Assembly (NCBI RefSeq): GCF_036365525.1
Contig: NC_090399.1
Coordinates: 66,458,862-66,522,861, forward strand
DNA: 64,000 bases
DNA from: Heterodontus francisci
Lineage: Eukaryota
Reading direction: 5' to 3'
The notes beneath the pieces were generated by a model. It had not been told where the DNA came from, made no database searches, and saw only the letters and a program-made list of their open reading frames with translations. A program made the translations under genes and the position numbers. Below, one piece after another: positions 36,301 to 51,300 of the stretch; the first letter of the stretch is position 1, and each line of letters opens with the position of its first letter.

Positions 36301-39300
36301 CTGATGTCTCTCTTTGGGGTTGATGTTTTGGGGTTCATGCCCTGATGTCTCTCTCTCTTTGGAGTTGATGTTTTGGGGTTCATGCCCTGATGTCTCTCTC
36401 TTTGGGGTTGATGTTTTGGGGTTCATGCTCTGATGTCTCTCTCTTTGGGGTTGATGTTTTGGGGTTCATGCTCTGATGTCTCTCTCTCTGGGGTTGATGT
36501 TTTGGGTTAATGCCCTTATGTCTCTCTCTTTGGGGTTGATGTATTGGGGTTCATGCCCTGATGTCTCTCTCTCTTTGGGGTTGATGTTTTGGGGTTCATG
36601 CCCTGATCTCTCTTTCTTTGGGTTTCATGTTTTGGGGTTCATGCTCTGATGTCTCTCTCTTTGGGGTTGATGTTTTGGGGTTCATGCCCTGATGTCTCTC
36701 TCTCTCTGGGGTTGATGTTTTGGGATTCATGCCCTGATGTCTCTTTCTCACTCTGGGGTTGATGTTTTGGGGTTTTTGCCCTGATGTCTCTCTCTCTGGG
36801 GTTGATGTTTTCGGGTACATGCCCTGATGTCTCTCTCTTTGGGGTTCATGCCCTGATGTCTCTCTCTCTTTGGGGTTGATGTTTTGGGGTTCATGCCCTG
36901 ATGTCTCTCTCTTTGGGGTTGATGTTTTGGGGTTCATGCCCTGATGTATCTCTCTTTGGGGTTCATGCCCTGATGTCTCTATCTTTGGGATTGATATTTT
37001 GGGGTTCATGCCCTGATGTCTGTCTCTCTCTGGGGTTGATGTTTTGGGATTCATGCCCTGATGTCTCTCTCTCACTCTGGGGTTGATGTTTTGGGGTTCA
37101 TGCCCTGATGTCTCTCTCTCTCTGGGGCTGATGTTTTGGGGTTTTTGCCCTGATGTCTCTCTCTCTGGGGTTGATGTTTTGGGGATCATGCCCTGATGTC
37201 TCTCTCTTTGGGGTTCATGCCCTGATGTCTCTCTCTCTTTGGGGTTGATGTTTTGGGGTTCATGCCCTGATGTCTCTCTCTCTTTGGGGTTGATGTTTTG
37301 GGGTTCATGCCCTGATGTCTCTCTCTCTGGGGTTGATGTTTTGGGGTTCCTGCCCTGATGTCTCTCTCTTTGGGGTTGATGTTTTGGGGTTCATGCTCTG
37401 ATGTCTCTCTCTCTGGGGTTGATGTTTTGGGTTAATGCCCTTATGTCTCTCTCTTTGGGGTTGATGTATTGGGGTTCATGCCCTGATGTCTCTCTCTCTT
37501 TGGGGTTGATGTTTTGGGGTTCATGCCCTGATCTCTCTTTCTTTGGGTTTCATGTTTTGGGGTTCATGCTCTGATGTCTCTCTCTTTGGGGTTGATGTTT
37601 TGGGGTTCATGCCCTGATGTCTCTCTCTCTCTGGGGTTGATGTTTTGGGATTCATGCCCTGATGTCTCTTTCTCACTCTGGGGTTGATGTTTTGGGGTTT
37701 TTGCCCTGATGTCTCTCTCTCTGGGGTTGATGTTTTGGGGTACATGCCCTGATGTCTCTCTCTTTGGGGTTCATGCCCTGATGTCTCTCTCTCTTTGGGG
37801 TTGATGTTTTGGGGTTCATGCCCTGATGTCTCTCTCTTTGGGGTTGATGTTTTGGGGTTCATGCCCTGATGTATCTCTCTTTGGGGTTCATGCCCTGATG
37901 TCTCTATCTTTGGGATTGATATTTTGGGGTTCATGCCCTGATGTCTGTCTCTCTCTGGGGTTGATGTTTTGGGATTCATGCCCTGATGTCTCTCTCTCAC
38001 TCTGGGGTTGATGTTTTGGGGTTCATGCCCTGATGTCTCTCTCTCTCTGGGGCTGATGTTTTGGGGTTTTTGCCCTGATGTCTCTCTCTCTGGGGTTGAT
38101 GTTTTGGGGATCATGCCCTGATGTCTCTCTCTTTGGGGTTCATGCCCTGATGTCTCTCTCTCTTTGGGGTTGATGTTTTGGGGTTCATGCCCTGATGTCT
38201 CTCTCTCTTTGGGGTTGATGTTTTGGGGTTCATGCCCTATGTCTCTCTCTCTGGGGTTGATGTTTTGGGGTTCATGCCCTGATGTCTCTCTCTTTGGGGT
38301 TGATGTTTTGGGGTTCATGCCCTGATGTCTCCCTCTCTTTGGGGTTGATGTTTTGGGGTTCATGCCCTGATGTCTCTGTCTTTGGGGTTGATGTTTTGGT
38401 GTTCATGCCCTGATGTCTCTCTCTGGGGTTGATGTTTTGGGGTTCATGCCCTGATGTCTCTCTTCGGGGATGATATTTTGGGGTTCATGCCCTGATGTCT
38501 CTCTCTCTGTGGGGTTGATGATTTGGGGTTCATGTCCTGATGCCCATCTCTCTCTCTCTGGGGTTGATGTTTTGGGGTTCATGCCCTGATGTCTCTCTAT
38601 CTGGGGTTGATGTTTTGGGGTTCATGCCCTGATGTCTCTCTCTTTGGGGTTGATGTTTTGGGGTTCATGCCCTGATGTCTCTCTCTCTTTGGGGTTGATG
38701 TTTTGGGGTTCATGCCCTGATGTCTCTCTCTTTGGGGTTGGTGTTTTGGGGTTCATGCCCTGATGTCTCTCTCTGGGGTTGATGTTTTGGGGTTCATGCC
38801 CTGATGTCTCTCTTTGGGGATGATATTTTGGGGTTCATGCCCTGATGTCTCTCTCTCTCTGGGGTTGATGTTCTGGGGTTCATGCCCTGATGTCCATCTC
38901 TCTCTCTCTGGGGTTGATGTTTTGGGGTTCATGCCCTGATGTCTCTCTCTCTCTGTGGGGTTGATGTGTTGGGGTTCATGCCCTGATGTCCATCTCTCTC
39001 TCTCTGGGGTTGATGTTTTGGGGTTCATGTCCTGATGTCTCTCTCTGTGGGGTTGATGTTTTGGGGTTCATGCCCTGATGTCTCTCTCTCTCTCTGGGGT
39101 TGATGTTTTGGGGTTCATGCCCTGGTCTCTCTCTCTCTCTGTGGGGTTGATGTTTTGGGGTTCGTGCCCTGATGTCTCTCTCTCTTTGGGGTTGATGTTT
39201 TGGGGTTCATGCCCTGATGTCTCTGTCTCTGGGGTTGGTGTTTTGGGGTTCATGCCCTGATGTCTCTCTCTCTGTGCGGTTGATGTTTTGGGGTTCATGC

Positions 39301-42300
39301 CCTGATGTCCATCTCTCTCTCACTGGGGTTGATGTTTTGGGGTTCATGCCCTGATGTCTCTCTCTCTCTGTGGGGTTGATGTTTTGGGGTTCATGCCCTG
39401 ATGTCTTTCTCTCTGTGGGGTTGATGTTTTGGGGTTCATGCCCTCATGTCCATCTCTCTCTCTCTGGGGTTGATGTTTTGGGGTTCATGCCCTGATGTCT
39501 CTCTTTGGGGTTGATGTTTTGGGGTTCATGCCCTGATGTCTCTCTTTGGGGATGATATTTTGGGGTTCATGCCCTGATGTCTCTCTCTCTCTGGGGTTGA
39601 TGTTTTGGGGTTCATGCCCTGATGTCTCTCTCTGGGGTTGATGTTTTGGGGTTCATGCCCTGATGTCTCTCTTCGGGGATGGTATTTTGGGGTTCATGCC
39701 CTGATGTCTCTGTCTCTGTGGGGTTGATGTTTTGGGGTTCATGCCCTGATGACTCTCTCTTTGGGATTGATGTTTTGGGGTTCATGCCCTGATGTCTCTC
39801 TCTCACTCTGGGGTTGATGTTTTGGGGTTCATGCCCTGATGTCTCTCTCTCTCTCGGGGCTGATGTTTTGGGGTTTTTGCCCTGATGTCTCTCTCTCTGG
39901 GGTTGATGTTTTGGGGTTCATGCCCTGATGTCTCTCTCTTTGGGGTTCATGCCCTGATGTCTCTCTCTCTTTGGGGTTGATATTTTGGGGTTCATGCCCT
40001 GATGTCTCTCTCTCTGGGGTTGATGTTTTGGGGTTCATGCCCTGATGTCTCTCTTTGGGGTTGATGTTTTGGGGTTCATGCCCTGATGTCTCTCTCTCTT
40101 TGGAGTTGATGTTTTGGGGTTCATGCCCTGATGTCTCTCTCTTTGGGGTTGATGTTTTGGGGTTCATGCTCTGATGTCTCTCTCTTTGGGGTTGATGTTT
40201 TGGGGTTCATGCTCTGATGTCTCTCTCTCTGGGGTTGATGTTTTGGGTTAATGCCCTTATGTCTCTCTCTTTGGGGTTGATGTATTGGGGTTCATGCCCT
40301 GATGTCTCTCTCTCTTTGGGGTTGATGTTTTGGGGTTCATGCCCTGATCTCTCTTTCTTTGGGTTTCATGTTTTGGGGTTCATGCTCTGATGTCTCTCTC
40401 TTTGGGGTTGATGTTTTGGGGTTCATGCCCTGATGTCTCTCTCTCTCTGGGGTTGATGTTTTGGGATTCATGCCCTGATGTCTCTTTCTCACTCTGGGGT
40501 TGATGTTTTGGGGTTTTTGCCCTGATGTCTCTCTCTCTGGGGTTGATGTTTTCGGGTACATGCCCTGATGTCTCTCTCTTTGGGGTTCATGCCCTGATGT
40601 CTCTCTCTCTTTGGGGTTGATGTTTTGGGGTTCATGCCCTGATGTCTCTCTCTTTGGGGTTGATGTTTTGGGGTTCATGCCCTGATGTATCTCTCTTTGG
40701 GGTTCATGCCCTGATGTCTCTATCTTTGGGATTGATATTTTGGGGTTCATGCCCTGATGTCTGTCTCTCTCTGGGGTTGATGTTTTGGGATTCATGCCCT
40801 GATGTCTCTCTCTCACTCTGGGGTTGATGTTTTGGGGTTCATGCCCTGATGTCTCTCTCTCTCTGGGGCTGATGTTTTGGGGTTTTTGCCCTGATGTCTC
40901 TCTCTCTGGGGTTGATGTTTTGGGGATCATGCCCTGATGTCTCTCTCTTTGGGGTTCATGCCCTGATGTCTCTCTCTCTTTGGGGTTGATGTTTTGGGGT
41001 TCATGCCCTGATGTCTCTCTCTCTTTGGGGTTGATGTTTTGGGGTTCATGCCCTGATGTCTCTCTCTCTGGGGTTGATGTTTTGGGGTTCCTGCCCTGAT
41101 GTCTCTCTCTTTGGGGTTGATGTTTTGGGGTTCATGCTCTGATGTCTCTCTCTCTGGGGTTGATGTTTTGGGTTAATGCCCTTATGTCTCTCTCTTTGGG
41201 GTTGATGTATTGGGGTTCATGCCCTGATGTCTCTCTCTCTTTGGGGTTGATGTTTTGGGGTTCATGCCCTGATCTCTCTTTCTTTGGGTTTCATGTTTTG
41301 GGGTTCATGCTCTGATGTCTCTCTCTTTGGGGTTGATGTTTTGGGGTTCATGCCCTGATGTCTCTCTCTCTCTGGGGTTGATGTTTTGGGATTCATGCCC
41401 TGATGTCTCTTTCTCACTCTGGGGTTGATGTTTTGGGGTTTTTGCCCTGATGTCTCTCTCTCTGGGGTTGATGTTTTGGGGTACATGCCCTGATGTCTCT
41501 CTCTTTGGGGTTCATGCCCTGATGTCTCTCTCTCTTTGGGGTTGATGTTTTGGGGTTCATGCCCTGATGTCTCTCTCTTTGGGGTTGATGTTTTGGGGTT
41601 CATGCCCTGATGTATCTCTCTTTGGGGTTCATGCCCTGATGTCTCTATCTTTGGGATTGATATTTTGGGGTTCATGCCCTGATGTCTGTCTCTCTCTGGG
41701 GTTGATGTTTTGGGATTCATGCCCTGATGTCTCTCTCTCACTCTGGGGTTGATGTTTTGGGGTTCATGCCCTGATGTCTCTCTCTCTCTGGGGCTGATGT
41801 TTTGGGGTTTTTGCCCTGATGTCTCTCTCTCTGGGGTTGATGTTTTGGGGATCATGCCCTGATGTCTCTCTCTTTGGGGTTCATGCCCTGATGTCTCTCT
41901 CTCTTTGGGGTTGATGTTTTGGGGTTCATGCCCTGATGTCTCTCTCTCTTTGGGGTTGATGTTTTGGGGTTCATGCCCTATGTCTCTCTCTCTGGGGTTG
42001 ATGTTTTGGGGTTCATGCCCTGATGTCTCTCTCTTTGGGGTTGATGTTTTGGGGTTCATGCCCTGATGTCTCCCTCTCTTTGGGGTTGATGTTTTGGGGT
42101 TCATGCCCTGATGTCTCTGTCTTTGGGGTTGATGTTTTGGTGTTCATGCCCTGATGTCTCTCTCTGGGGTTGATGTTTTGGGGTTCATGCCCTGATGTCT
42201 CTCTTCGGGGATGATATTTTGGGGTTCATGCCCTGATGTCTCTCTCTCTGTGGGGTTGATGATTTGGGGTTCATGTCCTGATGCCCATCTCTCTCTCTCT

Positions 42301-45300
42301 GGGGTTGATGTTTTGGGGTTCATGCCCTGATGTCTCTCTATCTGGGGTTGATGTTTTGGGGTTCATGCCCTGATGTCTCTCTCTTTGGGGTTGATGTTTT
42401 GGGGTTCATGCCCTGATGTCTCTCTCTCTTTGGGGTTGATGTTTTGGGGTTCATGCCCTGATGTCTCTCTCTTTGGGGTTGGTGTTTTGGGGTTCATGCC
42501 CTGATGTCTCTCTCTGGGGTTGATGTTTTGGGGTTCATGCCCTGATGTCTCTCTTTGGGGATGATATTTTGGGGTTCATGCCCTGATGTCTCTCTCTCTC
42601 TGGGGTTGATGTTCTGGGGTTCATGCCCTGATGTCCATCTCTCTCTCTCTGGGGTTGATGTTTTGGGGTTCATGCCCTGATGTCTCTCTCTCTCTGTGGG
42701 GTTGATGTGTTGGGGTTCATGCCCTGATGTCCATCTCTCTCTCTCTGGGGTTGATGTTTTGGGGTTCATGTCCTGATGTCTCTCTCTGTGGGGTTGATGT
42801 TTTGGGGTTCATGCCCTGATGTCTCTCTCTCTCTCTGGGGTTGATGTTTTGGGGTTCATGCCCTGGTCTCTCTCTCTCTCTGTGGGGTTGATGTTTTGGG
42901 GTTCGTGCCCTGATGTCTCTCTCTCTTTGGGGTTGATGTTTTGGGGTTCATGCCCTGATGTCTCTGTCTCTGGGGTTGGTGTTTTGGGGTTCATGCCCTG
43001 ATGTCTCTCTCTCTGTGCGGTTGATGTTTTGGGGTTCATGCCCTGATGTCCATCTCTCTCTCACTGGGGTTGATGTTTTGGGGTTCATGCCCTGATGTCT
43101 CTCTCTCTCTGTGGGGTTGATGTTTTGGGGTTCATGCCCTGATGTCTTTCTCTCTGTGGGGTTGATGTTTTGGGGTTCATGCCCTCATGTCCATCTCTCT
43201 CTCTCTGGGGTTGATGTTTTGGGGTTCATGCCCTGATGTCTCTCTTTGGGGTTGATGTTTTGGGGTTCATGCCCTGATGTCTCTCTTTGGGGATGATATT
43301 TTGGGGTTCATGCCCTGATGTCTCTCTCTCTCTGGGGTTGATGTTTTGGGGTTCATGCCCTGATGTCTCTCTCTGGGGTTGATGTTTTGGGGTTCATGCC
43401 CTGATGTCTCTCTTCGGGGATGGTATTTTGGGGTTCATGCCCTGATGTCTCTGTCTCTGTGGGGTTGATGTTTTGGGGTTCATGCCCTGATGACTCTCTC
43501 TTTGGGATTGATGTTTTGGGGTTCATGCCCTGATGTCTCTCTCTCACTCTGGGGTTGATGTTTTGGGGTTCATGCCCTGATGTCTCTCTCTCTCTCGGGG
43601 CTGATGTTTTGGGGTTTTTGCCCTGATGTCTCTCTCTCTGGGGTTGATGTTTTGGGGTTCATGCCCTGATGTCTCTCTCTTTGGGGTTCATGCCCTGATG
43701 TCTCTCTCTCTTTGGGGTTGATGTTTTGGGGTTCATGCCCTGATGTCTCTCTCTTTGGGGTTGATGTTTTGGGGTTCATGCCCTGATGTCTCTCTCTCTG
43801 GGGTTGATGTTTTGGGGTTCCTGCCCTGATGTCTCTCTCTTTGGGGTTGATGTTTTGGGGTTCATGCCCTGATGTCTCTCTCTCTTTGGGGTTGATGTTT
43901 TGGGGTTCATGCCCTGATGTCTCTGTCTTTGGGGTTGATGTTTTGGTGTTCATGCCCTGATGTCTCTCTCTGGGTTTGATGTTTTGGGGTTCATGCCCTG
44001 ATGTCTCTCTTCGGGGATGATATTTTGGGGTTCATGCCCTGATGTCTCTCTCTCTGTGGGGTTGATGATTTGGGGTTCATGTCCTGATGCCCATCTCTCT
44101 CTCTCTGGGGTTGATGTTTTGGGGTTCATGCCCTGATGTCTCTCTATCTGGGGTTGATGTTTTGGGGTTCATGCCCTGATGTCTCTCTCTTTGGGGTTGA
44201 TGTTTTGGGGTTCATGCCCTGATGTCTCTCTCTCTCTTTGGGGTTGATGTTTTGGGGTTCATGCCCTGATGTCTCTCTCTTTGGGGTTGGTGTTTTGGGG
44301 TTCATGCCCTGATGTCTCTCTCTGGGGTTGATGTTTTGGGGTTCATGCCCTGATGTCTCTCTTTGGGGATGATATTTTGGGGTTCATGCCCTGATGTCTC
44401 TCTCTCTCTGGGGTTGATGTTCTGGGGTTCATGCCCTGATGTCCATCTCTCTCTCTCTGGGGTTGATGTTTTGGGGTTCATGCCCTGATGTCTCTCTCTC
44501 TCTGTGGGGTTGATGTGTTGGGGTTCATGCCCTGATGTCCATCTCTCTCTCTCTGGGGTTGATGTTTTGGGGTTCATGCCCTGATGTCTCTCTCTCTTTG
44601 GGGTTGATGTTTTGGGGTTCATGCCCTGATGTCTCTGTCTCTGGGGTTGGTGTTTTGGGGTTCATGCCCTGATGTCTCTCTCTCTGTGCGGTTGATGTTT
44701 TGGGGTTCATGCCCTGATGTCCATCTCTCTCTCACTGGGGTTGATGTTTTGGGGTTCATGCCCTGATGTCTCTCTCTCTCTGTGGGGTTGATGTTTTGGG
44801 GTTCATGCCCTGATGTCTTTCTCTCTGTGGGGTTGATGTTTTGGGGTTCATGCCCTCATGTCCATCTCTCTCTCTCTGGGGTTGATGTTTTGGGGTTCAT
44901 GCCCTGATGTCTCTCTTTGGGGTTGATGTTTTGGGGTTCATGCCCTGATGTCTCTCTTTGGGGATGATATTTTGGGGTTCATGCCCTGATGTCTCTCTCT
45001 CTCTGGGGTTGATGTTTTGGGGTTCATGCCCTGATGTCTCTCTCTGGGGTTGATGTTTTGGGGTTCATGCCCTGATGTCTCTCTTCGGGGATGGTATTTT
45101 GGGGTTCATGCCCTGATGTCTCTGTCTCTGTGGGGTTGATGTTTTGGGGTTCATGCCCTGATGACTCTCTCTTTGGGATTGATGTTTTGGGGTTCATGCC
45201 CTGATGTCTCTCTCTCTCTGGGGTTGATGTTTTGGGATTCATGCCCTGATGTCTCTTTCTCACTCTGGGGTTGATGTTTTGGGGTTTTTGCCCTGATGTC

Positions 45301-48300
45301 TCTCTCTCTGGGGTTGATGTTTTGGGGTACATGCCCTGATGTCTCTCTCTTTGGGGTTCATGCCCTGATGTCTCTCTCTCTTTGGGGTTGATGTTTTGGG
45401 GTTCATGCCCTGATGTCTCTCTCTTTGGGGTTGATGTTTTGGGGTTCATGCCCTGATGTCTCTCTCTTTGGGGTTGATGTTTTGGGGTTCATGCCCTGAT
45501 GTCTCTCTCTCTTTGGGGTTGATGTTTTGCGGTTCATGCCCTGATGTCTCTCTCTTTGGGGTTGATGTTTTGGGGTTCATGCCCTGATGTCTCTCTCTCT
45601 GGGGTTGATGTTTTGGGGTTCCTGCCCTGATGTCTCTCTCTTTGGGGTTGATGTTTTGGGGTTCATGCCCTGATGTCTCTCTCTCTTTGGGGTTGATGTT
45701 TTGGGGTTCATGCCCTGATGTCTCTGTCTTTGGGGTTGATGTTTTGGTGTTCATGCCCTGATGTCTGTCTCTGGGGTTGATGTTTTGGGGTTCATGCCCT
45801 GATGTCTCTCTTCGGGGATGATATTTTGGGGTTCATGCCCTGATGTCTCTCTCTCTGTGGGGTTGATGATTTGGGGTTCATGTCCTGATGACCATCTCTC
45901 TCTCTCTGGGGTTGATGTTTTGGGGTTCATGCCCTGATGTCTCTCTATCTGGGGTTGATGTTTTGGGGTTCATGCCCTGATGTCTCTCTCTTTGGGGTTG
46001 ATGTTTTGGGGTTCATGCCCTGATGTCTCTCTCTCTTTGGGGTTGATGTTTTGGGGTTCATGCCCTGATGTCTCTCTCTTAGGGGTTGGTGTTTTGGGGT
46101 TCATGCCCTGATGTCTCTCTCTGGGGTTGATGTTTTGGGGTTCATGCCCTGATGTCTCTCTTTGGGGATGATATTTTGGGGTTCATGCCCTGATGTCTCT
46201 CTCTCTGTGGGGTTGATGTTTTGGGTTTCATGCCCTGATGTCCATCTCTCTCTCTCTGGGGTTGATGTTTTGGGGTTCATGCCCTGATGTCTCTCTCTCT
46301 CTGTGGGGTTGATGTGTTGGGGTTCATGCCCTGATGTCCATCTCTCTCTCTCTGGGGTTGATGTTTTGGGGTTCAAGTCCTGATGTCTCTCTCTGTGGGG
46401 TTGATGTTTTGGGGTTCATGCCCTGATGTCTCTCTCTCTCTCTCTGGGGTTGATGTTTTGCGGTTCATGCCCTGATCTCTCTCTCTCTCTGTGGGGTTGA
46501 TGTTTTGGGGTTCATGCCCTGATGTCTCTCTCTCTTTGGGGTTGATGTTTTGGGGTTCATGCCCTGATGTCTCTGTCTCTGGGGTTGGTGTTTTGGGGTT
46601 CATGCCCTGATGTCTCTCTCTCTGTGCGGTTGATGTTTTGGGGTTCATGCCCTGATGTCCATCTCTCTCTGTGGGGTTGATGTTTTGGGGTTCATGCCCT
46701 GATGTCTTTCTCTCTGTGGGGTTGATGTTTTGGGGTTCATGCCCTCATGTCCATCTCTCTCTCTCTGGGGGGTTGATGTTTTGGGGTTCATGCCCTGATG
46801 TCTCTCTTCGGGGATGATATTTTGGGGTTCATGCCCTGATGTCTCTGTCTCTGTGGGGTTGATGTTTTGGGGTTCATGCCCTGATGTCCATCTCTCTCTC
46901 TCTGGGGTTGATGTTTTTGGGTTCATGCCCTGATGTCTCTCTGTCTGGGGTTGATGTTTTGGGGTTCATGCCCTGATGTCTCTCTCTTTGGGGTTGATGT
47001 TTTGGGGTTCATGCCCTGATGTCTCTCTCTCTTTGGGGTTGATGTTTTGGGGTTCATGCCCTGATGTCTCTCTTTGGGGTTGATGTTTTGGGGTTCATGC
47101 CCTGATGTCTTTCTCTGGGGTTGATGTTTTGGGGTTCATGCCCTGATGTCTCTCTTTGGGGATGATATTTTGGGGTTCATGCCCTGATGTCTCTCTCTCT
47201 GGGGTTGATGTTTTGGGGTTCATGCCCTGATGTCTCTCTTCGGGGATGATATTTTGGGGTTCATGCCCTGATGTCTCTCTCTCTGTGGGGTTGATGATTT
47301 GGGGTTCATGTCCTGATGACCATCTCTCTCTCTCTGGGGTTGATGTTTTGGGGTTCATGCCCTGATGTCTCTCTATCTGGGGTTGATGTTTTGGGGTTCA
47401 TGCCCTGATGTCTCTCTCTTTGGGGTTGATGTTTTGGGGTTCATGCCCTGATGTCTCTCTCTCTTTGGGGTTGATGTTTTGGGGTTCATGCCCTGATGTC
47501 TCTCTCTTAGGGGTTGGTGTTTTGGGGTTCATGCCCTGATGTCTCTCTCTGGGGTTGATGTTTTGGGGTTCATGCCCTGATGTCTCTCTTTGGGGATGAT
47601 ATTTTGGGGTTCATGCCCTGATGTCTCTCTCTCTCTGGGGTTGATGTTTTGGGGTTCATGCCCTGATGTCCATCTCTCTCTCTCTGGGGTTGATGTTTTG
47701 GGGTTCATGCCCTGATGTCTCTCTCTCTCTGTGGGGTTGATGTGTTGGGGTTCATGCCCTGATGTCCATCTCTCTCTCTCTGGGGTTGATGTTTTGGGGT
47801 TCAAGTCCTGATGTCTCTCTCTGTGGGGTTGATGTTTTGGGGTTCATGCCCTGATGTCTCTCTCTCTCTCTCTGGGGTTGATGTTTTGCGGTTCATGCCC
47901 TGATCTCTCTCTCTCTCTGTGGGGTTGATGTTTTGGGGTTCATGCCCTGATGTCTCTCTCTCTTTGGGGTTGATGTTTTGGGGTTCATGCCCTGATGTCT
48001 CTGTCTCTGGGGTTGGTGTTTTGGGGTTCATGCCCTGATGTCTCTCTCTCTGTGCGGTTGATGTTTTGGGGTTCATGCCCTGATGTCCATCTCTCTCTCA
48101 CTGGGGTTGATGTTTTGGGGTTCATGCCCTGATGTCTCTCTCTCTCTGTGGGGTTGATGTTTTGGGGTTCATGCCCTGATGTCTTTCTCTCTGTGGGGTT
48201 GATGTTTTGGGGTTCATGCCCTCATGTCCATCTCTCTCTCTCTGGGGGGTTGATGTTTTGGGGTTCATGCCCTGATGTCTCTCTTCGGGGATGATATTTT

Positions 48301-51300
48301 GGGGTTCATGCCCTGATGTCTCTGTCTCTGTGGGGTTGATGTTTTGGGGTTCATGCCCTGATGTCCATCTCTCTCTCTCTGGGGTTGATGTTTTTGGGTT
48401 CATGCCCTGATGTCTCTCTGTCTGGGGTTGATGTTTTGGGGTTCATGCCCTGATGTCTCTCTCTTTGGGGTTGATGTTTTGGGGTTCATGCCCTGATGTC
48501 TCTCTCTCTTTGGGGTTGATGTTTTGGGGTTCATGCCCTGATGTCTCTCTTTGGGGTTGATGTTTTGGGGTTCATGCCCTGATGTCTTTCTCTGGGGTTG
48601 ATGTTTTGGGGTTCATGCCCTGATGTCTCTCTTTGGGGATGATATTTTGGGGTTCATGCCCTGATGTCTCTCTCTCTCTGGGGTTGATGTTTTGGGGTTC
48701 ATGCCCTGATGTCCATCTCTCTCTCTCTGGGGTTGATGTTTTGGGGTTCATGCCCTGATGTCTCTCTCTCTCTGTGGGGTTGATGTTTTGGGGTTCATGC
48801 CCTGATGTCCATCTCTCTCTCTCTGGGGTTGATGTTTTGGGGTTCATGTCCTGATGTCTCTCTCTCTCTGTGGGGTTGATGTTTTGGGGTTCATGCCCTG
48901 ATGTCTCTCTCTCTCTCTGGGGTTGATGTTTTGGGGTTCATGCCATGATGTCTCTCTCTCTCTCTGGGGTTGATGTTTTGGGGTTCATGCCCTGATGTCT
49001 CTCGCTGTCTGTGGGGTTGATGTTTTGGGATTCATGCCCTGATGTCTCTCTCTCTGTGGCGTTGATGTTTTGGGTTTCATGCCCTGATGTCTCTGTCTCT
49101 GGGGTTGGTGTTTTGGGTTTCATGCCCTGATGTCTCTCTCTCTCTCTGGGGTTGATGTTTTGGGGTTCATGCCCTGATGTCTCTCTCTCTCTGTGGGGTT
49201 GATGTTTTGGGGTTCATGCCCTGATGTCTCTCTCTCTGTGGCGTTGATGTTTTGGGGTTCATGCCCTGATGTCTCTGTCTCTGGGGTTGGTGTTTTGGGT
49301 TTCATGCCCTGCTGTCTCTCTCTCTGTGGGGTTGATGTTTTGGGGTTCATCCCCTGATGTCCATCTCTCTCTGCGGTTGGTGTTTTGGGGTTCATGCCCT
49401 GATGTCTCTCTCTCTCTGGGGTTGGTGTTTTGGGGTTCATGCCCTGATGTCTCTCTCTCTGGGGTTGATGTTTTGGGGTTCATGCCCTGATGTCTCTCTC
49501 TTTCTCTTGTGTTGATGTATTGGGGTTGATGCCCTGATGTCTCTCTCTCTCTGTGGGGTTGATGTTTTGGGGTTCATGCCCTGATGTCTTTCTCTCTGTG
49601 GGGTTGATGTTTTGGGGTTCATGCCCTGATGTCCATCTCTCTCTCTCTGGTGTTGATGTTTTGGGGTTCATGCCCTGATGTCTCTCTTTGGGGTTGATGT
49701 TTTGGGGTTCATGCCCTGATGTCTCTCTTTGGGGATGATATTTTGGGGTTCATGCCCTGATGTCTCTCTCTCTCTGGGGTTGATGTTTTGGGGTTCATGC
49801 CCTGATGTCTCTCTCTCTCTGTGGGGTTGATGTTTTGGGGTTCATGCCCTGATGTCCATCTCTCTCTCTCTGGGGTTGATGTTTTGGGGTTCATGCCCTG
49901 ATGTCTCTCTCTCTCTGGGGTTAATGTTTTGGGGTTCATGTCCTGATGTCTCTCTCTCTCTGTGGGGTTGATGTTTTGGGGTTCATGCCCTGATGTCTCT
50001 CTCTCTCTCTGGGGTTGATGTTTTGGGGTTCATGCCCTGATGTCTCTCGCTGTCTGTGGGGTTGATGTTTTGGGATTCATGCCCTGATGTCTCTCTCTCT
50101 CTCTGGGGTTGATGTTTTGGGGTTCATGCCCTGATGTCTCTCTCTCTCTCTGTGGGGTTGATGTTTTGGGGTTCATGCCCTGATGTCTCTGTCTCTGGGG
50201 TTGGTGTTTTGGGTTTCATGCCCTGCTGTCTCTCTCTCTGTGGGGTTGATGTTTTGGGGTTCATGCCCTGATGTCCATCTCTCTCTGCGGTTGGTGTTTT
50301 GGGGTTCATGCCCTGATGTCTCTCTCTCTCTGTGGGGTTGATGTTTTGGGGTTCATGCCCTGATGTCCATCTCTCTCTCTCTGGGGTTCATGTTTTGGGG
50401 TTCATGCCCTGATGTCTCTCTCTCTCTGGGGTTGGTGTTTTGGGGTTCATGCCCTGATGTCTCTCTCTCTGGGGTTGATGTTTTGGGGTTCATGCCCTGA
50501 TGTCTCTCCCTTTCTCTTGGGTTGATGTTTTGGGGTTCATGCCCTGATGTCTCTCTCTTTCTCTGGGGTTGATGTTTTGGGGTTCATGCCCTGATGTCTC
50601 TCTCTCTGTGGGGTTGATGTTTTGGGCTTCATGCCCTGATGTCTCTCTCTCTCTGGGGTTGATGTTTTGGGGTTCATGCCCAGATGTCTCTCTCTCTCTG
50701 GGGTTGGTGTTTTGGGGTTCATGCCCTGATGTCTCTCTCTCTCTGGGGTTGATGTTTTGGGGTTCATGCCCTGATGTCTCTCTCTCTCTGCGATTGATGT
50801 TTTGCGTTCATGCCCTGATGTCTCTCTCTCTGGGGTTGATGTTTTGGGGTTCATGCCCTGGTGTCTCCCTCTTTGGGGTTGATGTTTTGGGGTTCATGCC
50901 CTGATGTCTCTCTTTCATTGGGGTTGATGTTTTGGGGTTCATGCCGATGTCTCTCTCTTTGGGGTTGATGTTTTGGGGTTCATGCCCTGATGTCTCTCTC
51001 TCATTGGGGTTGATGTTTTGGGGTTCATGCACTGATGTCTCTCTCTTTGGGGTTGATGTTTTGGGGTTCATGCACTGATGTCTCTCTCTCTCTGGGGTTG
51101 ATGTTTTGGGGTTCATGCCCTGATGTCTCTCTCTCTCTGGGGTTAATGTTTTGGGGTTCATGTCCTGATGTCTCTCTCTCTCTGTGGGGTTGATGTTTTG
51201 GGGTTCATGCCCTGATGTCTCTCTCTCTGGGGTTGATGTTTTGGGGTTCATGCCCTGATGTCTCTCTCTTTCTCTTGTGTTGATGTTTTGGGGTTCATGC

